Shown here: piece after piece, positions 45,651-56,908 of the stretch | Numbering within the stretch: position 1 is the first letter of the stretch | Layout: each line of letters opens with the position of its first letter | The notes under the pieces: model-generated | The model's input: the letters and a program-made list of their open reading frames with translations, nothing else | Told to the model about the DNA's origin: nothing | The model's database searches: none | Sequence record: MK250017.1 | Reading direction: 5' to 3' (one strand) | DNA: 64,000 bases | Position numbers and translations under genes: made by a program

Positions 45651-46103
45651 TTATTTTCTGATATTCAAAACGAGCTTTGTATTTTTCGGTATTCGATTTA
45701 AAGCCCTTATTATTATTTTATTATTATCACCATCCCACATATAATCACAATTAGGATCGGGATTTGATTTACTTATAACATCATAATATTGGCAATAACC
45801 GAATGGAATAACATATTTCTCATTAGGAATAACTTCAAATACTATATCTCTCATATCTTTAGTATAAAGAGATAATTTATCTATAGATTTTGTAGGACAT
45901 ACTTCTATAATATCTCCTGGATAAAACTATGAATTAGAATAAACAGATTTACCATCAGAACAAATTTTACATTGATTTAAATTTGTCGGTATCATTGTTA
46001 CTTTCTTTATGTTAGTTTTATCACGTGGTTCCTAACCATAAAATAATCCATACCATGATTTCTCATTTACAGATTTAAACTTTTTATTTGTTCTTTGTTT
46101 CAT
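45651..46103 (-). CDS. SET-domain-like protein, degenerate (150 aa, TAG=Gln)
   Basis: GKSVYSNSQFYPGDIIEVCP...IPFGYCQYYD...PDPNCDYMWD...IIIRALNRIPKNTKLVLN follows the SET pattern, but the NHS motif is missing. Confidence 0.55.
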
Positions 46104-46147
46104 AATTAAANNNNNNNNNNNNNNNNNNNNNTAATGTATTTTAAAAA

Positions 46148-47806
46148 TTAATTATGTTCTACAGCTTGTACTGTATTACTAGCTTTTTCTATTTCTGTTG
46201 GCATTCCTAAATTATTTTCAGACGGTTTATCATTACCTTTAGTTTCGTCTTTATCGTTCTATATTTCTTCTTTATTATTTTTATATAATGAATCAGCTAA
46301 ATCTTTTAATGACGCTTTTGTACCCATTTCCTGTTCTATATATTTCTTCGCTTTATCAATTAAATTTTCTGTATTATTCTATTCATCTTCAAATAAGTAT
46401 ATATCATTATTTCTAAAATATAAAACAGATTCTATTTTTATTTTACTTATAAAATACATTAAACTATAAAACATTGATAAACCATCATAAGGTTTATCAT
46501 TTGAAATATAATCTAATATAGTTTTATATATATCAAATATATTTAACGAACCATCTATTACTTTAAACTATTTAAAAAATGATAAAATTTCTTTATTATC
46601 ATTACTTAATAACAATTTAAATGATTTAAAGAAACTATTATCTTTATTAATTATTTGAATTTTTAAATTATTTAAATTTATATTGAATAGATCTTGTAAT
46701 TCATTAATAATATGTTCACCTATACTTAGATTATCTTTCTCTCCATTTGTTGTATCATGACCATCTAACGTTTTTATATTTGTATAAAATAATTTAAATA
46801 TTTCTTTACATAATATAGTTGTTGTCTACAATTTATTTGTTTTTTCATCTTTACCTATAACAACAGTTACTTTTGATGTATTTAATGTTTCCTTAATTTC
46901 ATTTATACTATCTTCCAAATTTTCAGATTTTTTATTTAATGATAATAACGTATCCGATAATAATGTATTCCATTTTGTAAACTATTCATTAGTTATTACA
47001 TCTAAATTCTATATATTTTCTAAGAATTTACTTACTGTTAATTTATTTGTTTTAAATACATCTTTATCTACATCAATCTGTTTTTTAAGAAATACATCTT
47101 TAATACCTTCTTTTATATCTATATTTGATATATTCTATTTGAAATATTCTATATATTCCTATTCATTATCTTTTTTTAATAATTCTAATAATGTTGAATA
47201 TATATCTTTATAACGCTATGTATTTATATTATTCTAAACATCTTTATTACCTAATGTATTATATATATTAATTGGAATTTCAAACTATGAAAATTTATCA
47301 TCAATTAATTTATTATAATATGAACTAAAATTATTAGAAAAAATAAATTGTAATATACTTATTAACGTTTTTTGAGAAATCATATTATTAAATGTATCAA
47401 TAAACTATTTCATTTCATCATCAGTTATTGGTTCAATATTATATAATTTATCTTTATCGATTTCTGTAGTTTCATTCTATATAATATATTTTATTATAGT
47501 TTTATATGATATATTTGAAATATCATTTTGACTTAACTATATATTATTTTTAAATATATCATTTTCTATAATTTGTGAAATTTTTTCATTTATTAAATTA
47601 TTTGGTTCTAAGTAAATATTTAATGGCGTTATTCCACATTTTCTTAAAAACTAATTTAATTTAATTGCCTTATTTTTTATATCTGCATTTGTATTGTTAT
47701 CATCATTTAATTCATTTATAATATTACTAAATTCATTGAATAAATCAGTTGATAACATATTATGATATACTACATTATATATTATATTATCTATTTGCTA
47801 TAACAT
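46148..47806 (-). CDS. Hypothetical protein (~552 aa, TAG=Gln)
   Basis: ATG 47806 and TAA 46148 are in the same frame. Both ends were translated; the middle was only spot-checked. Confidence 0.5.
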
Positions 47807-47819
47807 AACTTATATTCAT

Positions 47820-50456
47820 TTAATTTTGATTATTTTTTGAGTTATTCAATATATTTAATAACTACGCATATGTATATAATGTTTCTTGCTCTTCTTGCTG
47901 TTTCTTTAATTCATCTGAAGATTCTTTTGTAATAGGATATTTATCAGTATATAGTTTTATAAGGTAGAATATCTGTTTATAATAAAGCATTACAGCTAGC
48001 AAATTTGGATATTGAACTGTCAAAAATTCCTATATAGACTTATACATACAACTATTACCATTATCACCTGTAATTGAACGAATACGTGATTCTATTCTAT
48101 CATCTAAATCATCTGCATATCGTGCCCATATATTTTGAAGACTTGTCGCACGAACAGGATGTTTAGACAGTGCAGCTTTAAACTTATCACCTAATGTTGA
48201 CTATGCAGACTATGATGTTCTGCATATTAATCCTATTTTTTCAGTAATTTCTTTATCTGCTGCTTCTTTTAATTTTTTCATTCGTTCACGAGCATTTTTA
48301 ATTATATACCATTCTTCTGGATTACCATAACTTGTAATAATTCCTGTAATTTCTCTTGTTAAATTGTCCTTAACAAACTTGTATGTTTGCTCATTTCCGT
48401 CTTCTAACTATTTAATAATTTCATCACTATTTTTAATTTGCTCATTTTCAAATAGAGAATTATATGCATAACTATACTTATCATTATAAGTAAATACTGA
48501 TACTGATTCATCCTTTAAGTTTAAAGAATATGCTACTTTTTGTAACTCGTCATATTTACTATATGGTGTATATTTTGCAATTATAAGGTCTAAATCTTTA
48601 TTACGTGAATCTGTATCTTGTATTTTAGAAGTTACACGGTCTTTAAATTCTTTTAATTTTTTCTTATCTGTTATACCTAATTTCTATATAAACTTATCAG
48701 ATGATGTCCATGATAGAATTTTGCTTGATCTTCTTGCAGTTTCACTAAATTCTCGCCAACCATTTAAATCCTTTTGATATTCATTATCCATAATTTGTTT
48801 TAATACTGCATCTTCTTTCTTCATATACTTATCCATATTACCTTCGGATGCATTATTCATATCAGATACTTTCTAAGCGAAATTACTCATCTCTTTAGTA
48901 CCATTATTACCACAAATTGATTTCATTAATGTTGTTACAATAGATATACTACTACGTACATAATTATCAATTGCATCTATTAAATTACCATTAAATGCAG
49001 ATGCTTCATTTTCTACACGTTTCTTTGTTTCCTAATCTAATTCACTTCCTAATACAGAAGTTGGATCTAAATCTCCAGTTAATGGTCCACTTAATGAAAC
49101 ACCTTTTGTTTTATCTAATCCTTCTTCATTCTCAACTTCAAATAATGATAATACTTTATTTAAAGATAACATATATGACTCATTTTTTAATGTTTCATAT
49201 TTTACAATATCATCTAATTTCACATGTTCTTTATTAAAATATTTAAGTCCTATATCAGAAGCTTTATCCTATATAATTTCCTTTGTAGGTTTCATGAATA
49301 ATGAACCATTTGGATTTTCATTTGCTTTTGTAGGATAATCAATATTAGACATTAACATTGCATAATTTGTTGGTAATGATGGTAACATTAATAATGACTT
49401 ATTAAAACGTTTTTCATTTACCTTAATTGGTAATAGTTTTTTTGTACCTTCATTTATATAAGCATCTTCTCCTTCTGTAGAAACACCATTTACAATATCA
49501 AAAAATTGACCTAAACCTGAATCATCTGACGGCTCATCACCTGAAGTTATACTATTAAAATTAGTTAATGAAGGTGATAAAAAACCTAATCTGTGAATAC
49601 ATTGTGTATATAAACATGCCATATTTCTTTCTGCAGTTTCCTGGATAGTTCTAAAACATGCTTTATTGTAATCACCTGTATTTTGTTTATTCTTTCTACC
49701 AGGTAATAAAAATGAATACCAAGGACGTTTTTTATTTACACCTGAATCTGTTAACTCTACAAGCTTATTCATATATTGCTTAAGCTTCATCATCGCTAAT
49801 CTATCTTTTCCTTTCATAAACAACCACGCAATAATACCTAATAAACCTGTTAACAAACCAGCACTTAATTTCAAAATCCAAGAACAATCCATCCACCAAT
49901 CAGCTGCATGACCTTCAGCTTCATTTAATGTATGAAGATCTGGATCATTCATAATATATTCAAAAATATTCTTTTTGATATTATTATATTCATCTAAACC
50001 AACTTCGGCAATAAGTTCCTTATCAAATAATTCATCAAACTATGATTCGAATAACATCTCATCCATCATTTGTTTTATTTGACGTTTCTCTTCTTCACTA
50101 TATTCATTAGAAAGTTTTATATCCTGAATATCTTCATATGTTATTTCATCATCTGAATTATCAATAACATCTTCAGATTCTTTAAGATTAAACGGCATTG
50201 TACCATAATATGCATCGCAGTTACTGCATACATATACAGGTTCTCCTTGTATTTTCAAAACAACTTTACCACCGCATTTTGGACATATATTTGGAACAAT
50301 ATTACCTTCATCATTATATATACGTTTCTTTTTCTTAGATTCTTGAAGCTATTTCATTTCAGGACATAAACCGGAATGTTCGTATTCATATATTTTTCTA
50401 TCTTCAGGACTAAGTAAACTTAAACGTTCTTTAGATAATTTTCTTGGAAATTTCAT
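47820..50456 (-). CDS. Large hypothetical protein with an N-terminal Zn ribbon and one TM-like segment (878 aa, TAG=Gln)
   Basis: CPKCGG...CSNC; HTLNEAEG; ILKLSAGLLTGLLGIIAWLFM hydrophobic stretch; continuous frame to TAA 47820. Confidence 0.65.
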
Positions 50457-50521
50457 TTAATTAAAAACTTTGTTTTCATATTTATTATTGAAAATAAATT
50501 ATCTCATTTTTATAAATAAAA

Positions 50522-50561
50522 AATAAGGAATTAGAATATCAGCAAATTCTAATTCCTTATT
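50522..50561 (-). terminator. Intrinsic terminator-like hairpin
   Basis: aataaggaattagaat / attctaattccttatt. Confidence 0.6.
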
Positions 50562-50568
50562 ATATTTT

Positions 50569-50859
50569 TTAACGTCCACTAATCATTTTATCAATCTTTC
50601 TGAAAATTGCATTTACTTCATCATATGAAATATCACCATCATTCAATAGTCCAACTATTTTAAGAATATCTTCTAACATCCATTGAATATTATTAATAAC
50701 TTCAGCTTTCAAACTTTCGTCACCAGTTTTATCAAGACACACATTGATATTATATGCATAATCTTCATAACTTTGATTTTCATTCAAACGTCTTTTAATA
50801 GTTTTTGATACACTTCTCATGATATTCTCATAAAGTGCTTTCTTTTGCATTTTATTCAT
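50569..50859 (-). CDS. Small hypothetical protein with a KALYENIM...KRRLNE leader
   Basis: 96-aa ORF. Confidence 0.65.
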   Translation of the reverse strand: MNKMQKKALYENIMRSVSKTIKRRLNENQSYEDYAYNINVCLDKTGDESLKAEVINNIQWMLEDILKIVGLLNDGDISYDEVNAIFRKIDKMISGR

Positions 50860-50939
50860 AATTTTTAATAGTTTTTTTCTTATATGTTATTTATCAAATA
50901 AAACAAACAATATATTTTTTGATATAATTAAATAATAAT

Positions 50940-51314
50940 ATGATGCAATTAAAACTTTTAGGAGTACTTCAGGATTATGATAGTCCTTATGTCTCCTTAT
51001 ATAGAGACGATAATAGTCAAAATTTATATTTGGCTGTGGAACAAAACTCAGATAAACCAAAAGAGTTTTGCACATTGTTACTTCATGTGTCTAAAAGATT
51101 AGTCGAATATTATTTGCAGAATAAAATTGGCCTCCGAGAAATCTATAAGAATGTGAAAAGTAAATATATTTGGTTTCACAAAAAAGATCAGATTTGTACA
51201 TTGGTAGATGTAGGTAATGAAGATGTGTCTAAATACATAGATATTGATGATGATATGTTTGATCCTGATTTTTGCAATCATGAAGCTAGCATAAAGTATT
51301 ATTTAAACAAGTAA
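50940..51314 (+). CDS. Hypothetical protein
   Basis: 124-aa TAG-free ORF. Confidence 0.6.
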   Translation: MMQLKLLGVLQDYDSPYVSLYRDDNSQNLYLAVEQNSDKPKEFCTLLLHVSKRLVEYYLQNKIGLREIYKNVKSKYIWFHKKDQICTLVDVGNEDVSKYIDIDDDMFDPDFCNHEASIKYYLNK

Positions 51315-51543
51315 AATTACTAAATGTACTAGAGAGTGACTTGAAATATGATCGAACACTTGATTTCAAGAAAGCCTTAAAAATAAAGAGATAGAACTTG
51401 ACGTTGGTGCAACTTTGTTACAACATAAGGAGAATGACATTTTAGTAAGGTTTTCAAAGATTTCTCGTGCTTACAGCGTATAGCTGCTTAGCACATTATT
51501 GAATTATTAACGAACTATTGATATAATATATAACTATATTTTT

Positions 51544-52443
51544 ATGAATGCAAAACCAATTATCAAATGGGTAGGTGGAAAAACCCAATTATTAAATACA
51601 ATAAATGATAATCTTCCACAAAATATATCACATTTTAACACATATATGGAACCATTCATTGGTGGTGCTGCAGTATTATTTTATATTGTTCCAAAATTAC
51701 CTAATATAAAAAATGTGTTTATAAATGACTTAAATTATAAATTGACAAATTTATATACAGTTGTGAAAAATAAACATTTGAAATTAATTAATCAATTAAA
51801 AACAATACAGGAAGAATATAGAAAATCTGAAGATCCGAAAATGTTTTATTATAATACACGTGATTCATTTAATATATATGATATGAATATGGAACCAGAT
51901 GCAGATGTATTACATGCAGCTGAATTTATATTCTTAAATAAGACATGTTTTAACGGATTATACAGAGAGAATTCAAAAGGTGAATTTAATGTACCATGGA
52001 ATAAGAATGTAAATGTTTGTATATGTGATGAAGAAAATATTAAAGCAGTACATAAATTTTTCATTAAATACAATGTTCAAATATCTACCGGTACATATAA
52101 TGATTTTTTTAAAGGTAAAGGGATGTATATGAAAAATGCATTTGTTTATATGGATCCACCATATAGACCTATTACTAAATCAGCTGCATTTACGTCATAT
52201 ACAAAATCAGGTTTTAATGATAATAATCAAAAAGAATTAAAAATTTGGATTGATATTTTAAATAGTAGTAATGCTTATTGCATGTTAAGTAATTCAGATC
52301 CAAAAAATTATGATGTAAATGATACGTTTTTTGATGACTTATATTCAGATTATAATATAATTAGAGTAAATGCTAAAAGATCTATCAATTCAAAAGGAAA
52401 TGGACGTGGTAGTATAACAGAAATATTGGTAAAAAATTATTAA
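51544..52443 (+). CDS. dam: DNA adenine methyltransferase (Dam/D12 class)
   Basis: KWVGGK, YMEPFIGGAAV (motif I), FLNKTCFNGLYREN, YMDPPY (motif IV). Confidence 0.93.
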   Translation: MNAKPIIKWVGGKTQLLNTINDNLPQNISHFNTYMEPFIGGAAVLFYIVPKLPNIKNVFINDLNYKLTNLYTVVKNKHLKLINQLKTIQEEYRKSEDPKMFYYNTRDSFNIYDMNMEPDADVLHAAEFIFLNKTCFNGLYRENSKGEFNVPWNKNVNVCICDEENIKAVHKFFIKYNVQISTGTYNDFFKGKGMYMKNAFVYMDPPYRPITKSAAFTSYTKSGFNDNNQKELKIWIDILNSSNAYCMLSNSDPKNYDVNDTFFDDLYSDYNIIRVNAKRSINSKGNGRGSITEILVKNY

Positions 52444-52474
52444 TAAAATAAATACTTAAACATATATCTGATAT

Positions 52475-53467
52475 ATGAAATTTATACATAATCTGACTGA
52501 ATAGAATAATATATTGTCATATAATGAAATATTAAATACAATTAATAACATTAATGAAGAATATCATGAAGTAACAAATTTTGATAATATGATAAAAGAT
52601 GTTGCTAAACAAATATATTATTCTAATTATACTGATTTTTATACAGGTTGGAATTGGTTTATTAAAGAACAAACATGTTTAAAAGTTAATACTGAATATA
52701 AATCAGATAATACAGTTTATAAAGATAATATAGGATGTCCTATATATATTAAATTTGATGATTTAGAAAATAATACATATTTTGCTGTATAGATGAGAGA
52801 TAATACGTATAACATACCAATATATGTTAACAAACATTATAACTTATCTATATAGCAATATGCATATAAATTAAAACATGAAATTACACATATACGTACA
52901 ATGTATTCTAAAATAGATTCAAATCCGTTAGATTCATTAAAGAATAGATCATCAAGTATTGAATTGGATAATATAAGATTAATAAATAATAAACAATTTC
53001 CATTTATATATAATGTTTGTTATTTATTATCACCAACTGAATAGCAAGCACGTATAAATGAATATATATTTTTTATAAAAGATTATTTAAAAGAAAATGA
53101 TATAGATAATGTAAACAGTCATAAATTAATAAATGAATTAATTGAAAAAGGATATGAACATACATTATTAAAAGATTTCTTTGATATATATGAAAAATTA
53201 GAATTTATGGTAAATGCTTAGATTTATATATAGGTAATATCATTAGGATATGTGTTATAGAAATATAATTTATTTAAATCTAATATAACAGATACAGATT
53301 TACTGAGATTAGAATCTGATAGAACAGGAATGATATATAAGTATATTAAATCAGATGAAGATAATTCATATAAAATATTAGAGTTTTTAAAATAGAATTT
53401 ATCTGATTACTATACAAAATTAAAAAACGTAACATACAAAACATTAAAAGAAAATAACATAATTTAA
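52475..53467 (+). CDS. Putative Zn metallopeptidase-like protein (HExxH; 330 aa, TAG=Gln)
   Basis: KLKHEITHIR plus downstream YYLSPTEQQARINE; starts MKFIHNLTEQ. Confidence 0.55.
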
Positions 53468-53473
53468 TTATAT

Positions 53474-53947
53474 ATGAAGACTAATTTAAATGGTGGTTGT
53501 TTATTACCAAATGAAGAGATTATTGTAAAAGATGGACTTGTATTGATGTCTGAAATTAAAGTAGGTGATAAAGTTTTATCACATGATGGTGATTACCATG
53601 AAGTAGAGCATGTATGGAATTTTGAGAAACCTACATACTATGTATCACTTTCAAACGGTGATCATATCGAATGTTCAAATACACATAGATTTTTGGTAAA
53701 TAAGAATAAGATTGAGAAGGAATCATCATGGAAAACTGCTGAAGAACTTCATGATGGAGATGAAATCTTTACAATGAGTACCATTAATATGGACATTAAT
53801 GAGAAAATTAAGTTTAATAAAATAAAGATTGTCCGTATATTCAAATCAGGAATTAATAATCCTGTGATTGACATTACTGTCAAAGATACACATACATATA
53901 TTTCAGCTAATGGTATTGTTAATCATAATTCAGGAACTAATTTCTGA
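53474..53947 (+). CDS. Stand-alone mini-intein (Hint domain) with very short exteins
   Basis: MKTNLNGG|CLLPNEEI (block A), IECSNTHRF (block B), VIDITVKDTHTYISANGIVNHN|SGTNF (blocks F/G, His-Asn then Ser+1). Confidence 0.85.
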   Translation: MKTNLNGGCLLPNEEIIVKDGLVLMSEIKVGDKVLSHDGDYHEVEHVWNFEKPTYYVSLSNGDHIECSNTHRFLVNKNKIEKESSWKTAEELHDGDEIFTMSTINMDINEKIKFNKIKIVRIFKSGINNPVIDITVKDTHTYISANGIVNHNSGTNF

Positions 53948-53962
53948 TAAAGAATTATAATA

Positions 53963-54361
53963 ATGAATTATAAAGAAACATATTTAAAACCAGAAATTGC
54001 ATTCTTACTGAAAAAGCATAACTATAATATCGATAAAACTCGATATATGGTAAACAGAGACGGAACATTAGTTGAATCTACTAATGAATTATAGAAACAT
54101 TATAATCATTTAGAATTAGCTTATAATCCTAATGCAGAAGAAGTAATCGATTATTTCAAAAAACAATCAATCTATATTAACATTAATAAAGTAGATAATA
54201 ATAAATGGGAATGGATTATTTCATTTGGTAAGAAATCTGTATATTCTGGTGAAACTGCAAACGGAAATATCGGGCATAATCTTCCAGAATCACGTCAATT
54301 TTTTAACAATGAAAAAGACACATATTATGATGCAGTTATAGAACTTATTGTTTTAATTTAA
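53963..54361 (+). CDS. Hypothetical protein (132 aa, one TAG)
   Basis: ATG 53963 to TAA 54359-54361; MNYKETYLKPEIAFLLKK. Confidence 0.6.
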
Positions 54362-54424
54362 TATATAAGAGGATATGGATTTAATTCTATATTCTCTTTT
54401 TTTTTTTCTTTCAAATAAAATATG

Positions 54425-54432
54425 TATCTTTG
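54425..54432 (+). promoter_or_regulatory. TAnnTTTG promoter element
   Basis: TATCTTTG after a terminator (54367-54398) and upstream of the cca gene. Confidence 0.65.
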
Positions 54433-54462
54433 TATAAAATATGAATTAATAATTATAAGAGA

Positions 54463-55716
54463 ATGGATACAAAAACATATATGGCAATTAAAGATTGTCT
54501 TAGAATAATTATTCAAGGATCTGAATTTGAAAACAATTTATTTGCAGTCGGTGGATGTTGTAGAGATGAGATTTTAGGAAATAATATAAAAGATTTAGAC
54601 CTTGTTGTTTCATTGGAAAACGGCGGTATTAAATTTGCAGAATGGTTGGAAAAGAATCATTTTACAAAAGGAACTGTTGTGACATATCCTCGATATGGAA
54701 CTGCTATGTTCAGACTAAAGGATTTTCCTAATGAAGAACTTGAAGTTGTACAAACAAGAACTGAAATTTATACAACAGATTCAAGAAAACCAGATACAAC
54801 ATTCGGTTCACTTAAGCAGGATTGCATGCGTAGAGACCTTACAATCAATGCAATTTATTATGATATTTCAAACAGTAAATTTATTGATGTTACAAACAGA
54901 TCATTTGATGACATTAAAAATAAAATTATTGTAACACCATGTGAACCAGATCAGACATATATTGATGATCCTCTTCGCATTATGAGATGTGTAAGATTTG
55001 CATGTAAACTTGGTTGGAATATAGATAAAAATGTATTCAACAGTATGAAGAAAAATATAGATAGACTATCTATTATTTCAAAAGAAAGAATACAGGATGA
55101 ACTTATGAAAATATTGAATACACCAAATTCAAAATTAGGTATTGATTATCTATTTGATATTGATGCAATGAAATTTATTTTCCCTTGTATAAATCATAAT
55201 ATTCCTGGACATTTTATTGATTTAGATAAGACATATAAACCTTATTTAAAATTAGCATTAATTAATATTAATAATTCTAATGTTAAAGAAGATTTAATTA
55301 ATCTTAAATTTTCTACATATGAAATTAATACAATAATGAATTATATTAATGTATATCATGATATGTCGAAAATTAATAATCAATCATCACCCAGTGATAT
55401 TAGACGAATGTTATATAAATGTAAAACATTAAATATATTCTTTGATGTATATAACATGATAGTAATATATGAATCAAATAACAATAAATTAAAATCAATT
55501 CATGATGCTATTTCGAAAGGAATAAATTGTAATGATTTAATTAAGATGTTTGAATATAAGTTACCAGTTAATGGTAATGATATTATGGATGTATTTAATA
55601 TTAAACCCGGACCAAAAATTAAAGAATATCTTGATAAAAGTTTGGATATTGTCTTTGATAATCCTTATATAACAAAAGATGAAATTTTAAATAAGTTAAA
55701 AGAGATTAAAAATTAA
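54463..55716 (+). CDS. cca: tRNA nucleotidyltransferase (CCA-adding enzyme / poly(A) polymerase family)
   Basis: AVGGCCRDEILG...KDLDLVV, DCMRRDLTINAIYYD, DDPLRIMRCVRF, SKERIQDEL; no HD domain evident. Confidence 0.9.
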   Translation: MDTKTYMAIKDCLRIIIQGSEFENNLFAVGGCCRDEILGNNIKDLDLVVSLENGGIKFAEWLEKNHFTKGTVVTYPRYGTAMFRLKDFPNEELEVVQTRTEIYTTDSRKPDTTFGSLKQDCMRRDLTINAIYYDISNSKFIDVTNRSFDDIKNKIIVTPCEPDQTYIDDPLRIMRCVRFACKLGWNIDKNVFNSMKKNIDRLSIISKERIQDELMKILNTPNSKLGIDYLFDIDAMKFIFPCINHNIPGHFIDLDKTYKPYLKLALININNSNVKEDLINLKFSTYEINTIMNYINVYHDMSKINNQSSPSDIRRMLYKCKTLNIFFDVYNMIVIYESNNNKLKSIHDAISKGINCNDLIKMFEYKLPVNGNDIMDVFNIKPGPKIKEYLDKSLDIVFDNPYITKDEILNKLKEIKN

Positions 55717-55767
55717 AACAATTTATTGGTTAAACATTATAAACATTAATTAAAACAGTTATTAGAT

Positions 55768-55917
55768 ATGGATTTAAATATTACACAGAGAGAAGGAATT
55801 AAGAAGTGTCTCTATGAGGATTTAAAGAAAATGTATGATGCATTTATTTTGACTGATAGAGATAAGGTAGAAAGTGTATTTAATGAGTTTTTGAATAAAT
55901 GTGAACGTTATATTTAA
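55768..55917 (+). CDS. Small hypothetical protein (49 aa)
   Basis: MDLNITQREGIKKCLYEDL...CERYI, fills the gap between larger genes. Confidence 0.45.
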   Translation: MDLNITQREGIKKCLYEDLKKMYDAFILTDRDKVESVFNEFLNKCERYI

Positions 55918-55923
55918 TTTGAT

Positions 55924-56322
55924 ATGAATTATTTTACTCATACAGTAGATGATAATATTTGTAAGTGGTTACTTGATAATAAGTTTCCACTTACAACGTG
56001 TATACGAAATGATCATGATGAATCATTATATTATACATTGCCATATGAAGATTCTGATGGATGGCAATATTGTGATGCATATTATAAACCTACATATTTT
56101 GATGTAAAAGAATGGTTATATAAAGAACATAATATACTTATTAATTCGAATATTTATACTGATAGATTTTCTGTACAAATTAGATATAAATCAAAATCAG
56201 ATAAGTATTTTGGAAACTGTTGGGAAATTGGTTATGGTTGTAAAACATTTGAAGATTGTTTAAAATCTGCAATTGAATATATTATTGAAAATAATATACT
56301 GAACGAAAAGAGTACAGAATAA
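55924..56322 (+). CDS. Hypothetical protein
   Basis: 132-aa ORF. Confidence 0.6.
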   Translation: MNYFTHTVDDNICKWLLDNKFPLTTCIRNDHDESLYYTLPYEDSDGWQYCDAYYKPTYFDVKEWLYKEHNILINSNIYTDRFSVQIRYKSKSDKYFGNCWEIGYGCKTFEDCLKSAIEYIIENNILNEKSTE

Positions 56323-56327
56323 TTTAA

Positions 56328-56870
56328 TTATGTTAAAGGATTAAATAATTCCTTTTGTTCTTTAATATATTTTTTTGCTTCAGGTAGATTATCAAATAAA
56401 ATATCATTTTCATCAGGTTGACAGTAAACCATATTTCCATCATCTTCTATAATATAGATAATACCGAATGTATCTTGCATTGATGTTGGTTCAATTGGTT
56501 TACTGAATATGATTTTTCTTATTTGATTATCTACAATTACATAGTAAATATTTGCATTTGCATCTATATTACTAGTCCATTTACCGATATAATTTATTTT
56601 ATCATCATATGATGATAATTCATTATTCATGACATTATCACCGAAAAATGAAGCTAGGTAATTATTATTTGCATTTACTTTATCTATGTTATCTCTAATA
56701 AGTCCATCAGATGTTAAATTAATTTGTGATTTATTATCATCTGGATAAAAATATCCACCTATTATAATATCATCAAATTCATCATTATCTTCTTTTGGAT
56801 TTAACAACATATCAGATAAGTTATTTAACTGAGGAATATATTTATGTAATAATTTATAGGTATATTTCAT
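56328..56870 (-). CDS. Hypothetical protein
   Basis: 180-aa ORF on the opposite strand to its neighbours. Confidence 0.6.
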   Translation of the reverse strand: MKYTYKLLHKYIPQLNNLSDMLLNPKEDNDEFDDIIIGGYFYPDDNKSQINLTSDGLIRDNIDKVNANNNYLASFFGDNVMNNELSSYDDKINYIGKWTSNIDANANIYYVIVDNQIRKIIFSKPIEPTSMQDTFGIIYIIEDDGNMVYCQPDENDILFDNLPEAKKYIKEQKELFNPLT

Positions 56871-56908
56871 TTAATTTATTATATATAAACTTTAAAATAT
56901 TTATTTAT

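Noticed and set aside
46111-46130. Possible fusion of the SET-like gene with the upstream ORF across the N-gap
   Set aside because: The upstream gene has its own TAA at 46148 before the gap, and an ATG is present at 46103
54463-55716. Alternative call as poly(A) polymerase
   Set aside because: The family is shared, but I saw no sign of the PAP-specific signature, and the CCA-less tRNA favours a CCA-adding enzyme; this needs an assay to be certain
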